Below the pieces are notes generated by a model that ran no database searches, was not told where the DNA came from, and worked only from the letters and a program-made list of their open reading frames with translations. DNA of 63,255 nucleotides, filler included. It is 5 parts of 5 records of this genome, joined end to end, with 100 filler letters (N's around TTAATTAATTAA, not from the genome) between each part and the next. Parts side by side here need not be neighbours in the genome. Positions count along the whole stretch, not along the records: positions 28,171 to 44,557 come from SRR20825019_2495; positions 44,658 to 57,895 come from SRR20825019_2517; 3 more parts are not named here. One strand, given 5' to 3'. Shown in pieces: positions 38,083 to 47,813 of the stretch. Each line of letters starts with the position of its first letter. Position 1 is the stretch's first letter. Made by a program: the position numbers and the translations under genes.

Positions 38083-40461
38083 CTACATCCGAAGCGGTGC
38101 GGTCACCGGACGTCCCAGCGTCAGGCCGTTCACCTTTTCCACGATCCCTTCGGCGTCGATGCCGAAATGCCGGTACAGATCGGCGATGGTGCCCGTCTGG
38201 CCAAAGTGTTCAACGCCCAGCGAAACGGTCTGATGCCCGATCACCGATCCCAGCCACGCCAGCGTGGCGGGATGGCCGTCGATCACCGTGACGATCTTGC
38301 AATCGCGCGACAGCCCGCCCAGCAGGGTTTCGATATGCGACCGTGCCGCCCCATTGCCCCGCGCCCGCGCCCGCTGCGCCGCTGTCCAGCCCGCGTTCAG
38401 CCGGTCGGCCGAAGTGACAGCCAGCACAGCAACATCGCGGCGGCCTTCGGCAATGATACCCGCAGCACGGATCGCTTCGGGCGCGACAACCCCCTGATAG
38501 GCGATCACCACCTCGCAATTCGGGCCGGGTTTGCGCAGCCAGTACGCCCCGTCAATCGCGCCCTGACGGAAATCATCATCGACCCGCTTGCCGGGCTGTT
38601 CGATCGGGTTGGTGGACAGCCGCAGATAAACCGACCCGCCGGTTTCGTCGCGCAGCCATGTGCGTTCGTCCGGATCACCGTCGCCGCTGCGTTGCAGGTA
38701 TTCAAACGCCCACTGCATGATCACCGACAGCTCGTCGACAAAGGCAGGTTCGAACGCGGCCAGACCGTCCTGACTCATCCCGATCAGCGGGGTGCCGATG
38801 GACTGGTGCGCGCCGCCTTCAGGGGCCAGCGTGATGCCGGACGGGGTGCCGACGATCATGAAACGCGCGTCCTGATAACAGGCGTAATTCAACGCATCCA
38901 AACCACGCGCGACAAAGGGATCATAGACCGTACCGATGGGGATCAACCGTTTGCCGAACAGCGAATGCGACAGGCCCGCCGCCGCCAGCAGCAGGAACAG
39001 GTTCATCTCGGCGATGCCCAGTTCGATGTGCTGCCCTTCGGGCGTGAATTCCCATTTCGCGGTCGAGGGGATTTTTTCGTTGATGAACGTGTCTTGCTGT
39101 TCGGTGCGCGCGAACAGCTTGCGGCGGTTCACCCACGGGCCAAGGTTGGTGGTGCCCGTCACATCGGGCGAGGTGGTGACAATGCGCGACGCCAGATCGC
39201 TGTCGCCCTTGGACAGATCGTCCAGGATCTTGCCAAAGCCCATCTGCGTGGACAGCTCGCGGTCGGTCGCAATCTCGACCTTTGGCACGTCCAGAACATC
39301 ATCGGTATAGCGGCGCGGCCCCTTGGCAAAGAACGGCACCTGCCCCAGGAAATCGCGCAAGCCATCGGGGACCTCGACCGTGGCGAAGGGCTCCCATTCC
39401 TGCCCTTGCGGCACGCCCATCACCTTTTGCCATTCGGCCATCTGGGTCTTGTTCATCAAGCCGCCGTGGTTGTCCTTGTGGCCCGCAATCGGCGTGCCCC
39501 AACCCTTGATCGTATAGGCCAGGAAACAGACCGGGCGGTCGTGGTCGATGGCGGCAAAGGTGTCGGCCATGGTCTGCACGCAGTTGCCGCCCAGATTTTC
39601 CATCAGTTCGGCCAGCTCGTCATCGCTGCGACTGTCGATCAGTTGGGTCACGTCACCCTGATCGCCCAGACTGTCCATCAGCCGTTCACGCCACGCAGCC
39701 CCGCCCATGAAGGTCAGCGCCGAATAAAGCTGGTTGGGGCAGTTGTCGATCCAGTCACGCAGCGTGTCGCCGCCCGGTTCCTTGAACGCGGCACGTTGCA
39801 AATGGCCGTATTTGACCCGCACCACGTCCCAGCCAAAGGCCTCGAATATCTTCTCGACCCGCTGGAACAGCCCCTCGCGGACCACGCCGTCCAGCGACTG
39901 GCGGTTATAGTCGATGATCCACCACGCATTGCGCAGATCGTTTTTCCAGCCCTCTTGCAGGCATTCGTAAATGTTGCCTTCGTCCAGCTCGGCATCGCCC
40001 ACCAGCGCCACCATCCGGCCCAGCGGTATGTCATTGCCCCAGCGTTTTGCGTGAATGTAATCCTGCACCAACGACGCGAATGACGTGATCGCCACACCCA
40101 GACCCACCGATCCGGTCGAGAAATCCACATCGTCGATGTCCTTGGTCCGCGACGGATAGGATTGCACGCCATGCAGCCCGCGAAAGTTCTGCATCTTTTC
40201 CAGCGTCTGTTCGCCCATCATATATTGCATCGCGTGAAACACCGGCGAGGCGTGAGGTTTGACGGCAACCCGATCCTCGGGGCGCAGGGCGCTGAAATAC
40301 AGGGCCGACATGATCGAAACCATCGACGCCGACGACGCCTGATGCCCGCCCACCTTGATCCCTTCGGTCTTGGGACGGATGTGGTTGGCGTTGTGGATCA
40401 TCCAGTGCGACAGCCACAGCAACCGTTGCTCAATCGTTTTCAGGTGGGAGGCGTGCGACAT
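38083..40461 (-). CDS. Homodimeric AceE/transketolase-like ThDP 2-oxoacid dehydrogenase E1
   Basis: KVGGHQASSAS, QSYP, FSTGSVGLG, GDAELDEG...N ThDP motif, ELGIAEMN, EGGAHQS. Confidence 0.9.
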   Translation of the reverse strand: MSHASHLKTIEQRLLWLSHWMIHNANHIRPKTEGIKVGGHQASSASMVSIMSALYFSALRPEDRVAVKPHASPVFHAMQYMMGEQTLEKMQNFRGLHGVQSYPSRTKDIDDVDFSTGSVGLGVAITSFASLVQDYIHAKRWGNDIPLGRMVALVGDAELDEGNIYECLQEGWKNDLRNAWWIIDYNRQSLDGVVREGLFQRVEKIFEAFGWDVVRVKYGHLQRAAFKEPGGDTLRDWIDNCPNQLYSALTFMGGAAWRERLMDSLGDQGDVTQLIDSRSDDELAELMENLGGNCVQTMADTFAAIDHDRPVCFLAYTIKGWGTPIAGHKDNHGGLMNKTQMAEWQKVMGVPQGQEWEPFATVEVPDGLRDFLGQVPFFAKGPRRYTDDVLDVPKVEIATDRELSTQMGFGKILDDLSKGDSDLASRIVTTSPDVTGTTNLGPWVNRRKLFARTEQQDTFINEKIPSTAKWEFTPEGQHIELGIAEMNLFLLLAAAGLSHSLFGKRLIPIGTVYDPFVARGLDALNYACYQDARFMIVGTPSGITLAPEGGAHQSIGTPLIGMSQDGLAAFEPAFVDELSVIMQWAFEYLQRSGDGDPDERTWLRDETGGSVYLRLSTNPIEQPGKRVDDDFRQGAIDGAYWLRKPGPNCEVVIAYQGVVAPEAIRAAGIIAEGRRDVAVLAVTSADRLNAGWTAAQRARARGNGAARSHIETLLGGLSRDCKIVTVIDGHPATLAWLGSVIGHQTVSLGVEHFGQTGTIADLYRHFGIDAEGIVEKVNGLTLGRPVTAPLRM

Positions 40462-40569
40462 TGGATTTCCTGTATAAATAGATTTTACGCAGTATATCGC
40501 GGCACCCTGCGTGAATTTCGTCTTTCTTCGCCTTCTTTCCTGAATTATTGGCTATAACAACCAACAAAG

Positions 40570-41049
40570 GTGAAATTCGTGATGGTTTCAACCAATCTGG
40601 ATTCTTTCGATCTGGCCATTCTGCGCGCCCTGCAAAGCAACGGAAGGGCGTCGATTCAAGAGATCGCCACCGCAGTCGGGCTAAGCCCCTCACCCGTGGC
40701 GCGCCGCCTGCGCCTGCTGGAAGAAGCGGGCGTTGTCACCGGCTATTCGGCGCTGATCGACGAGGCATCGCTTGGCTTCGGCTTTTCGGTGTTCCTGTCG
40801 GTCAAACTGGAAAAGCAGGTGGACGATGCGCTGGCCCGGTTCGAGCGGGCGATTGCCGGTCACCCCGAGATTGTCGATTGCTGGCTGATGACGGGAAACC
40901 GCGACTACATGCTGCGCATCGCAACCAGCGGGTTGGAGGAATTCGAACGGTTTCTTGTCGGCACCTTCACCAAGATACCCGGCGTCGCGTCCATCGAAAG
41001 CTCGATCCCGTTGCGGCGGGTGAAATCGGGACAGGCGCGGCTGGGCTAG
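40570..41049 (+). CDS. Lrp/AsnC regulator
   Basis: LDSFDLAILRALQSNGRAS..EIA..VGLSPSPVARRLRLLE. Confidence 0.94.
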   Translation: MKFVMVSTNLDSFDLAILRALQSNGRASIQEIATAVGLSPSPVARRLRLLEEAGVVTGYSALIDEASLGFGFSVFLSVKLEKQVDDALARFERAIAGHPEIVDCWLMTGNRDYMLRIATSGLEEFERFLVGTFTKIPGVASIESSIPLRRVKSGQARLG

Positions 41050-41426
41050 GGGGTCACTGCCAGGGCTTCGACCTCGACCAGAAACTCGGGGCGGGTAAAG
41101 CCCGTGACGATCAGCAGGGTCGAGGCAGGCTTTACCGCGAAATCACGCACCAAGGCATCGCGCACCGCCATATAGGGGGCAAAATCCTCGCGGCGGGTGA
41201 CGTAGCCGGTAAAGCGGATCACATGCGAAAAATCCGCCCCCGCTTCCGCCAGAATGGCGCGGATGTTTTGGAAACACAGCTCGGCCTGCGCGGTCACGCC
41301 GGCGGGGATGCGGCCATCGGTCGCCAGACCCAACTGCCCCGACGTGGCAATCAGCCGCCCGGCCTGAACGCCATGCGCGTAGGCGCCAAAGGGGGCGGGC
41401 AAGGTATCGGGTGTCAGCGCCTTCAT
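41046..41426 (-). CDS. RidA/YjgF family protein
   Basis: PFGAYAHG, SGQLG, PASTLLIV, LVEVEA. Confidence 0.92.
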   Translation of the reverse strand: MKALTPDTLPAPFGAYAHGVQAGRLIATSGQLGLATDGRIPAGVTAQAELCFQNIRAILAEAGADFSHVIRFTGYVTRREDFAPYMAVRDALVRDFAVKPASTLLIVTGFTRPEFLVEVEALAVTP

Positions 41427-42052
41427 ATGCGGTGTCCCTTTTCGTCCAGACCGCAGCGGCGCAGGAACAGCGCGCTAGCCTCTGTGATGATGCGTTCGGC
41501 GTCCATCGGCTGCCCTTCGGGGGTCCCCATCAGCTTGCGCGCCTGTGCCTCATATTCGGCATAGTGTTGGGTGACCGCCCAGATGTTGATCTGGAACAGC
41601 AGCGGATCGACGGGCGCGATTTTGCCCGCGTCGATCCACGCGCGGATGGTGTCGTTTGCCTCTTCCACAGAGGCACGCAGCGGTTCCCAGTAATCCCCCA
41701 TTTCGGGCGCGCCGCGGGCCATTTCATTGGCGAAAAAGCGTGACACGTCGGGATGCTCAAGCGCATGTTCGACCTTGTTCCTGACGTAATTGCGGATCGC
41801 CTCGGCGGGATCTTCCAGCGAGGACGACAGCGAAAACAGCTCGCGCCAATGCGAGACGATATAGCCCAGAACGTCTTGATACAGGTCTTCCTTGGACGTG
41901 ATGTAATAATGCAGCTGCGCCTTGGAGATGCCCGCCGACTTTGCAATCGCCTGCGTCGAGGTGCCCGCCAGCCCGTTGCGCGCAAATTCGCGGATGGCCG
42001 CGTCGCGGATCGCTTCGTTTATGGCGCTGCGCCGGATTTTTGCAGTGGTCAT
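41423..42052 (-). CDS. TetR-family regulator (RutR-like)
   Basis: AAIREFARNGLAGTSTQAIA..AGISKAQLHYY; IWAVTQHYA C-terminal motif. Confidence 0.9.
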   Translation of the reverse strand: MTTAKIRRSAINEAIRDAAIREFARNGLAGTSTQAIAKSAGISKAQLHYYITSKEDLYQDVLGYIVSHWRELFSLSSSLEDPAEAIRNYVRNKVEHALEHPDVSRFFANEMARGAPEMGDYWEPLRASVEEANDTIRAWIDAGKIAPVDPLLFQINIWAVTQHYAEYEAQARKLMGTPEGQPMDAERIITEASALFLRRCGLDEKGHRI

Positions 42053-42152
42053 GGGCGGTCCTTGATGGGTCACGGTAGGGGGCGGCGCTGCAAGGTTATC
42101 ACAAGCGTCGCCCCGCGCCAGAACGGAACGGGGCGACGCCGCCCTCACCGGT

Positions 42153-43163
42153 TTACTGGCCAGTCAGCTTGGCCTTCAGGTCCAGACCGTGGCCCTGGTT
42201 GACGAACTGGCTGGTCGCGACCTTGCTCAGATCAACCGATCCTGCTTCGACGATGCCGCTGGACACGGCCAGATCATAGAACGCTTCGATCCGCTCCTGG
42301 GACATGGCCCCGATCCCCTGTTCCAGCGCGTCGCCGCTGTCGATGATCTCAAGCGCCTTGAGCTGGGCCACTTCCTTGTCCAGCTTTTCCACGGTCATTT
42401 CGGGGTTGGCCGCCATGATCGCGTCGTAGGCGGGCGTATGGTCGCCATACAGGAAATTCACCCAGCCTTCGATCGTTGCATCAACGAACCGCTGCACCAG
42501 TTCGGGGTTTTCGTCGATCAACTCTTGGCGGGTTTCCAGCGTGGCGGCATAGGTGTTCCAGCCGTTGTCGGCCAACAGGAACACGTCCACCTCTGCCCCT
42601 TGCTCGCGGGCATAGATCGGCTCGGCGGTGCCATAGGCCTGCTGAACCATTTTGTCGTCGGCCAGAAACTGGGCCAGGTTATAGCCATAGGGGCGCAGTT
42701 GTTCATTCTTGAACCCTTGCGCCTGCACCATCCATTCCCAAAAGCTGAATTGCCCATCCTTGGACACCAGCACCGTGGGCGCGTCGGACAGCGCGGCAAA
42801 GTCGGCGTATTGTCCCTTGTGGGTCATCAAGGCCTGCGGGTCTTTTTGGTAAAAGGCGGCGACGACGGTGGTGGGGATGCCGTTGCGCACGTTGTCAAAG
42901 GACAGCAACAGGTTGCCCGCCATCAAAAAGTCCAGCCGCCCCGCCGACAGCATCGGACGGTTGTTGACCTGCGGGCCGCCGGGGCTGATTTCAACGTCCA
43001 GCCCGTATGCTTCATAGGTGCCATCGGCCAGCGCCTGATAGAACCCGCCGTGCCCGCCCTGGGCCAGCCAGTTGGTGCCCATCACGACCTTGTCGTTGGC
43101 CCATGCGGTCGTCGCAGAAAGCAGGGCGCAAACCGCGCCGATTGCCGTAAGTGTCTTCTTCAT
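42153..43163 (-). CDS. NMT1/THI5-like ABC substrate-binding protein
   Basis: Signal peptide; TNWLAQGGHGGFYQA, PGGPQVN, QKDPQ. Confidence 0.9.
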   Translation of the reverse strand: MKKTLTAIGAVCALLSATTAWANDKVVMGTNWLAQGGHGGFYQALADGTYEAYGLDVEISPGGPQVNNRPMLSAGRLDFLMAGNLLLSFDNVRNGIPTTVVAAFYQKDPQALMTHKGQYADFAALSDAPTVLVSKDGQFSFWEWMVQAQGFKNEQLRPYGYNLAQFLADDKMVQQAYGTAEPIYAREQGAEVDVFLLADNGWNTYAATLETRQELIDENPELVQRFVDATIEGWVNFLYGDHTPAYDAIMAANPEMTVEKLDKEVAQLKALEIIDSGDALEQGIGAMSQERIEAFYDLAVSSGIVEAGSVDLSKVATSQFVNQGHGLDLKAKLTGQ

Positions 43164-44554
43164 GCTGTTTCTCCGTGTTGGTGTTGGTCGTCACGGCGGA
43201 CCATATCCTTGGTCCATCCGCGTGTTTTTCCGGGGTTCATCAGGCCGTAGGGGTCAGCCCGTTTCTTGAAATCAATCTGCGTGGTGTCGATTTCCTTCAT
43301 GCCGCCGTCCTCGATGGTGATGACATGGGGGTCGAAAATCGTGCAGCCGTCGGTCTGTTCCAGTTCGGCAATCAGGCGGTACATTTCGTCCTTGCCGCGA
43401 TAGCGCACCAGCGGCAGTGCAAAGATCTGGATGTCGCCGTCCTGACGCGCCATTTCGTGGTGCCAGAACATATCGTCGCCGTGGCGCGCCATCTGGCGCA
43501 TCACCAGATTCACGTCGAACGGGCGCGGATAGGCGACTTGCAGGTACGTCCAGCCCGGATCGACCTTGAGCGCCTGCAAGGTGGTGTGGTTCCAGCCGCA
43601 TTCATAAGCCGGTTGCAGACCTTCCGCGCGGATCTGGTCCTTGGTCATGGCAAAGGACACGCGCCCGCCCTGCGCTTCGGCCTGCGCCGTGAAACGGTCC
43701 ATTTCGTCGGGTGCCACCATCGCAAAGATAGCATCCCGGTCGGCGGGGAACAGATCGCCGAACTTGGTGTAATAGGGCGCAAAGCGCCGCTCGACCGCGG
43801 TCAGCAGGTAACAGTCCATCCCGTCCTTTTGCGCCTGAGTGGCAAAGTTCAGGGCGTGGTCATAGCCGTCGAACAATGCGGCGGTGTGAATCCAGTCGGT
43901 CTTGGGCGTCAGGGCCAGACCCAGTTCCACCATGATCCCGTTGGTGCCAAAGGCGTGCTGCACCTTCTGGATCTCGTCGCCGTGCAGTTCGATCACCTGC
44001 GGCTCTTCCTCGACTGTGATCACCTTGACGTAGCTGACGTTGCCGGGATCGCGCAGCATCCCGTGGCGCAGCGACCCGATGCCGCCCGAGCCACCGGCCA
44101 AAAACCCGCCAATCGTCGCCATCTGGCGCGTCGACGGGTACATCAACAGCTCTTGCCCCGTTTCATGCGCCGCATCGTCCAGCCGCGAAATCCGCGCGCC
44201 GGCCTGCACGCGCACGTGGCCCGGCGTGATCTCCAGAACCTCGTCCAGACGGGTCAGGTCCATGATCACCCCGCCTTCCATCGGCACGCACTGACCATAG
44301 TTGCCCGTGCCACCGCCGCGCAGGGTCAGCGGCAGTTTGTGCTTTGCAATCAGCGATGCCACCTGCATCACCTCGTCGACCGATTGCGGGATCACCAGCA
44401 CATCGCCGATCTTGTCCTTCAACTGGTCATTCAGGATCGGGCTGTACCAGAAATAGTCGCGCGACCGCGCTTCCAGTTGCTTTTGGCCATCATGAAAGCG
44501 GATGTCGCCCAGTGCGGCCTTGAATGCGGTCAGATCGGAAGTCTGGGACATCAT
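43160..44554 (-). CDS. FAD-binding oxidoreductase (FAD_binding_4)
   Basis: SRDYFWYSP, RGGGTGNYGQ, ATIGGFLAGGSGG, DPYGLMNPGK. Confidence 0.92.
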   Translation of the reverse strand: MMSQTSDLTAFKAALGDIRFHDGQKQLEARSRDYFWYSPILNDQLKDKIGDVLVIPQSVDEVMQVASLIAKHKLPLTLRGGGTGNYGQCVPMEGGVIMDLTRLDEVLEITPGHVRVQAGARISRLDDAAHETGQELLMYPSTRQMATIGGFLAGGSGGIGSLRHGMLRDPGNVSYVKVITVEEEPQVIELHGDEIQKVQHAFGTNGIMVELGLALTPKTDWIHTAALFDGYDHALNFATQAQKDGMDCYLLTAVERRFAPYYTKFGDLFPADRDAIFAMVAPDEMDRFTAQAEAQGGRVSFAMTKDQIRAEGLQPAYECGWNHTTLQALKVDPGWTYLQVAYPRPFDVNLVMRQMARHGDDMFWHHEMARQDGDIQIFALPLVRYRGKDEMYRLIAELEQTDGCTIFDPHVITIEDGGMKEIDTTQIDFKKRADPYGLMNPGKTRGWTKDMVRRDDQHQHGETA

Positions 44555-44557
44555 TTG

Positions 44558-44657
44558 NNNNNNNNNNNNNNNNNNNNNNNNNNNNNNNNNNNNNNNNNNN
44601 NTTAATTAATTAANNNNNNNNNNNNNNNNNNNNNNNNNNNNNNNNNNNNNNNNNNNN
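44558..44657. other. Artificial contig spacer
   Basis: N-run with TTAATTAATTAA. Confidence 0.99.
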
Positions 44658-44658
44658 G

Positions 44659-44838
44659 TTTATGCATCTGGGCTTTCATATCTACGACCTCGGATTTCAG
44701 TCCCCGGATTCCGAAGCCGCGAAACCCATGGTGTTTGCCACCACCTTTCTCCTGATTGTCCTGGTGATCTGTCTCAATCTGGGGGCCATCCTGATCCGCA
44801 ATCACCTGCGCAAGAAATACAAAGTTTCCACGTTCTAA
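44659..44838 (+). CDS. pstA: Phosphate ABC permease PstA, C-terminal fragment
   Basis: Manual translation FMHLGFHIYDLGFQSP...LNLGAILIRNHLRKKY, directly before pstB. Confidence 0.85.
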   Translation, partial: FMHLGFHIYDLGFQSPDSEAAKPMVFATTFLLIVLVICLNLGAILIRNHLRKKYKVSTF

Positions 44839-44841
44839 GCC

Positions 44842-45687
44842 ATGACGACCACTTTAACAGAGATTCCCGAGACCACATCAATTCCCACTGCCATGAATGA
44901 CACCGCTGCAGCCAACTCACCTGAATTGGACCCCGCATATATCCAGGTCAAAGACTTTAGCTTCTATTACAATGCCAACGCCAAGGTGCTGCATGATCTG
45001 AATCTGGATATCCCGGAACGCCAGGTCACCGCCTTTATCGGACCTTCGGGTTGTGGCAAATCCACGCTGTTGCGGAATATGAACCGGATGAATGATCTGA
45101 TCGACGGGGTGCGCCATGAGGGCGATATCACCGTCGCCGGTCACAGCATCTACGATCCGCTGCTGGAGGTCATTGCCCTGCGTAAGCGGATCGGGATGGT
45201 CTTTCAAAAGTCGAATCCGTTTCCGAAGTCGATTTACGAAAACGTCATTTATTCCCTGCGCGTCGCCGGTCGGAATAACAAGGCGGAGTTGGATGAAGTG
45301 GTGGAGCAATCCCTGAAAGGCGCGGCCCTTTGGGATGAAGTTAAGGACCGTCTGCATGAGAGTGCCTTCGGCCTTTCCGGCGGTCAGCAACAACGTCTGT
45401 GTATTGCACGTGCCATCGCCAATCGTCCGGAGATTCTGCTGATGGATGAACCCTGTTCGGCGTTGGACCCGATTGCCACGGCCAAGGTCGAGGAGTTGAT
45501 TCACGGATTGAAGAAAGAGTTCACCATCGTGATTGTGACGCATAACATGCAGCAGGCGGCCCGGGTGTCCGACCGCACGGCCTTCTTTTACCTCGGCAAG
45601 CTCATCGAGTATGATGTCACGGATCGCATCTTCCAAAACCCGGCCAATCAGCAGACGGAAGCCTACGTCGCCGGACGATTCGGCTAA
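44842..45687 (+). CDS. pstB: Phosphate ABC ATPase
   Basis: [52 protein letters not shown]. Confidence 0.97.
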   Translation: MTTTLTEIPETTSIPTAMNDTAAANSPELDPAYIQVKDFSFYYNANAKVLHDLNLDIPERQVTAFIGPSGCGKSTLLRNMNRMNDLIDGVRHEGDITVAGHSIYDPLLEVIALRKRIGMVFQKSNPFPKSIYENVIYSLRVAGRNNKAELDEVVEQSLKGAALWDEVKDRLHESAFGLSGGQQQRLCIARAIANRPEILLMDEPCSALDPIATAKVEELIHGLKKEFTIVIVTHNMQQAARVSDRTAFFYLGKLIEYDVTDRIFQNPANQQTEAYVAGRFG

Positions 45688-45721
45688 GCGAGCGTGTGAG
45701 TAACCTTTAACTTCTATAACT

Positions 45722-46402
45722 ATGAAACGTTTTTTTGATTCCGAATTGGAGAGTTTTCGCAACCACCTGATTAAGATGGGAGAGATCTCCATCGCCCAGG
45801 TGCAAGGGGCCATCAAGTCGCTCGTTGAAAGTGACACGGACTTGGCGAAAAATGTCATTGCCGCAGATGACGAACTCGACGATCTCGAGGTCCGCATTGA
45901 TGAAGAGGCCATGCGCTACATGAGTCTGCGCGCACCGGTCGCGTCGGAATTGCGATTGGTCATCGTGGGGATGAAAGCCTCGCATGATCTCGAACGGGTG
46001 GGCGATGAAGCGGTGGGGATTGCCAAACGGGCGAAGCGCTTGTCTAAGGAGGTGCCTTTTAAACCTTACATTGATGTCCCCCGGATGGCGGAGATGGCTC
46101 TCGATATGCTGCGTGATTCCCTCGATTGCTTTCTCAACAGCGATACGGAAAAAGCGGCCGCCATCATTCAACGCGACGAGGAAGTGGATGCGTTGAACAA
46201 GCAAATCTACCGGGAACTCACGAGTTTCATGATCGAGGAACCTGCCACGATCGGTCGGGCGATTGAGATCATGTTCATCGCCAAATCTCTGGAACGGATT
46301 GCCGATCACGCGACGAATATCGCGGAAGAGATGATCTACCTCGCGAAGGGCAAGGATGTCCGTCACGACGATAATTTGAAAAAGGGCGAAACCACCGTCT
46401 GA
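45722..46402 (+). CDS. phoU: Phosphate signalling protein PhoU
   Basis: PVASELR...DLERVGD, LERIADHATNIAE. Confidence 0.96.
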   Translation: MKRFFDSELESFRNHLIKMGEISIAQVQGAIKSLVESDTDLAKNVIAADDELDDLEVRIDEEAMRYMSLRAPVASELRLVIVGMKASHDLERVGDEAVGIAKRAKRLSKEVPFKPYIDVPRMAEMALDMLRDSLDCFLNSDTEKAAAIIQRDEEVDALNKQIYRELTSFMIEEPATIGRAIEIMFIAKSLERIADHATNIAEEMIYLAKGKDVRHDDNLKKGETTV

Positions 46403-46459
46403 TGCTTGCTGCCATCCGCCGCGCAGTTTGACCCGCGCGGCGGAAAGTCTGCCTGGGGA

Positions 46460-47680
46460 TCAAAACGCGCCGCCGATCCACGCCCCGATGACGATGGCGT
46501 CATCGATCGCTCCCGCGGCACCCGGATTCCGGATGTATTGCACGGAAGGCTGGATGTAGAACGCGGGCGTCAATTGGAACCGGTGCCCGATCTCGAAGAC
46601 CATTTCATTGTCGAGATCCTTGCCGATGGAGTCGCCGTATTTTTCGCTGAGTTTACCGTAGGTCATGAAAGCCACGGTGCGATCATTCTCCCGTCCCGGA
46701 ATCATGCCCCGGTAGTTGGCTCCGGCGCTGATCTGAAAGGGCATCATGGCGGCCTCGTCCTGACTGGTAAACGCGCCGAAGGTGAAGAGCGTTAACCCAT
46801 CGGAGACTTCGACGTCGAAATGACCGTAGAGTCGGAACATACTGTCAGTGGTGCCACCGTCAAAGGTGGTGTAATCAAGAAACGAACTGGCGACACCCAC
46901 ATAGAGTTGAGCGGGGCGCCCATCGATCGTCGGGGTCCAATCATACTGGGCCATAAAGGTCACACCGTCTTCATCGCTGAAACCGAAATCGGTCCCCGGA
47001 ATATTGTCCCAGATGTTCTGGTTATTCTGGTAGGCCCCGAATTTGAAGGTGTGCTCGTCGTCATGCTGATACTTGAGCCGGGCGTGCCAGACTCCCAGAG
47101 GGAAGGATACGATTTGGATCTGGTTGAGCATCATCGCCCGGATGGGACCGTTGATCGAAGTGCTCAGGGAATACCGATAGAGGTCATCATTGGCGAAGTC
47201 CGAGTCCTGACTGTCCCGGCCGAATTTCAATGAGACGTTCTCATTTAATTGGGTATCCACCGCGATTTGATACAGGATGGTCTCCTGGCCATTGGGACCA
47301 CCGTAGATGGTCATGGGATCGTAGATCCCGCCAACATTGGAGGAGACGCTGTCACCATGACGTTCGACCATCGAGAGCTTCATCGTGGTGTTTTTCCAGC
47401 CGATGAGCTTTTCGAGGTTGAGGTCGAGTCCGGCATAAACTTGCCCGGTGAATTCCTGATCAGTTTGTATGCCGCCGGAGACATTGGCGCCGACGATGGC
47501 ATCGTAGTAGAGGAAGGGCGTGACGCCGGATGCTTCCATGTCAGAGCGGGAACCACCCCAATCACCGGTCAGACGACTACGTTCGGAGAGAGAGGTTGCT
47601 TCCGCGGTGTCGGCCAGCGAGAGGTGGGAGGAGCTGACGGCCAACAAGGCCATCAACAATGATGCAGTTTGTTTTTTCAT
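46460..47680 (-). CDS. OprB-family carbohydrate porin
   Basis: Signal peptide, LTGDWGGSRS, IQPSVQYIRNPG, terminal Phe. Confidence 0.9.
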   Translation of the reverse strand: MKKQTASLLMALLAVSSSHLSLADTAEATSLSERSRLTGDWGGSRSDMEASGVTPFLYYDAIVGANVSGGIQTDQEFTGQVYAGLDLNLEKLIGWKNTTMKLSMVERHGDSVSSNVGGIYDPMTIYGGPNGQETILYQIAVDTQLNENVSLKFGRDSQDSDFANDDLYRYSLSTSINGPIRAMMLNQIQIVSFPLGVWHARLKYQHDDEHTFKFGAYQNNQNIWDNIPGTDFGFSDEDGVTFMAQYDWTPTIDGRPAQLYVGVASSFLDYTTFDGGTTDSMFRLYGHFDVEVSDGLTLFTFGAFTSQDEAAMMPFQISAGANYRGMIPGRENDRTVAFMTYGKLSEKYGDSIGKDLDNEMVFEIGHRFQLTPAFYIQPSVQYIRNPGAAGAIDDAIVIGAWIGGAF

Positions 47681-47813
47681 TTTATTTTCTGGGTTGAGGT
47701 TTTTCGTTAATTGGGCCGGAGAATTTTCGGGGACGTGCCTGTTTTTGGATAAAGCAGTAGCTGGCACCCTTGGATTCAGGCGTTGGAATTAAGGTTGGGC
47801 GTTGAGGACGGGA

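Noticed and set aside
37960-40083. Long antisense ORFs (707 aa here; also 28592-30079, 43151-44605, 23378-24661, 58741-59859)
   Set aside because: Shadow frames opposite well-supported genes, expected from codon bias.
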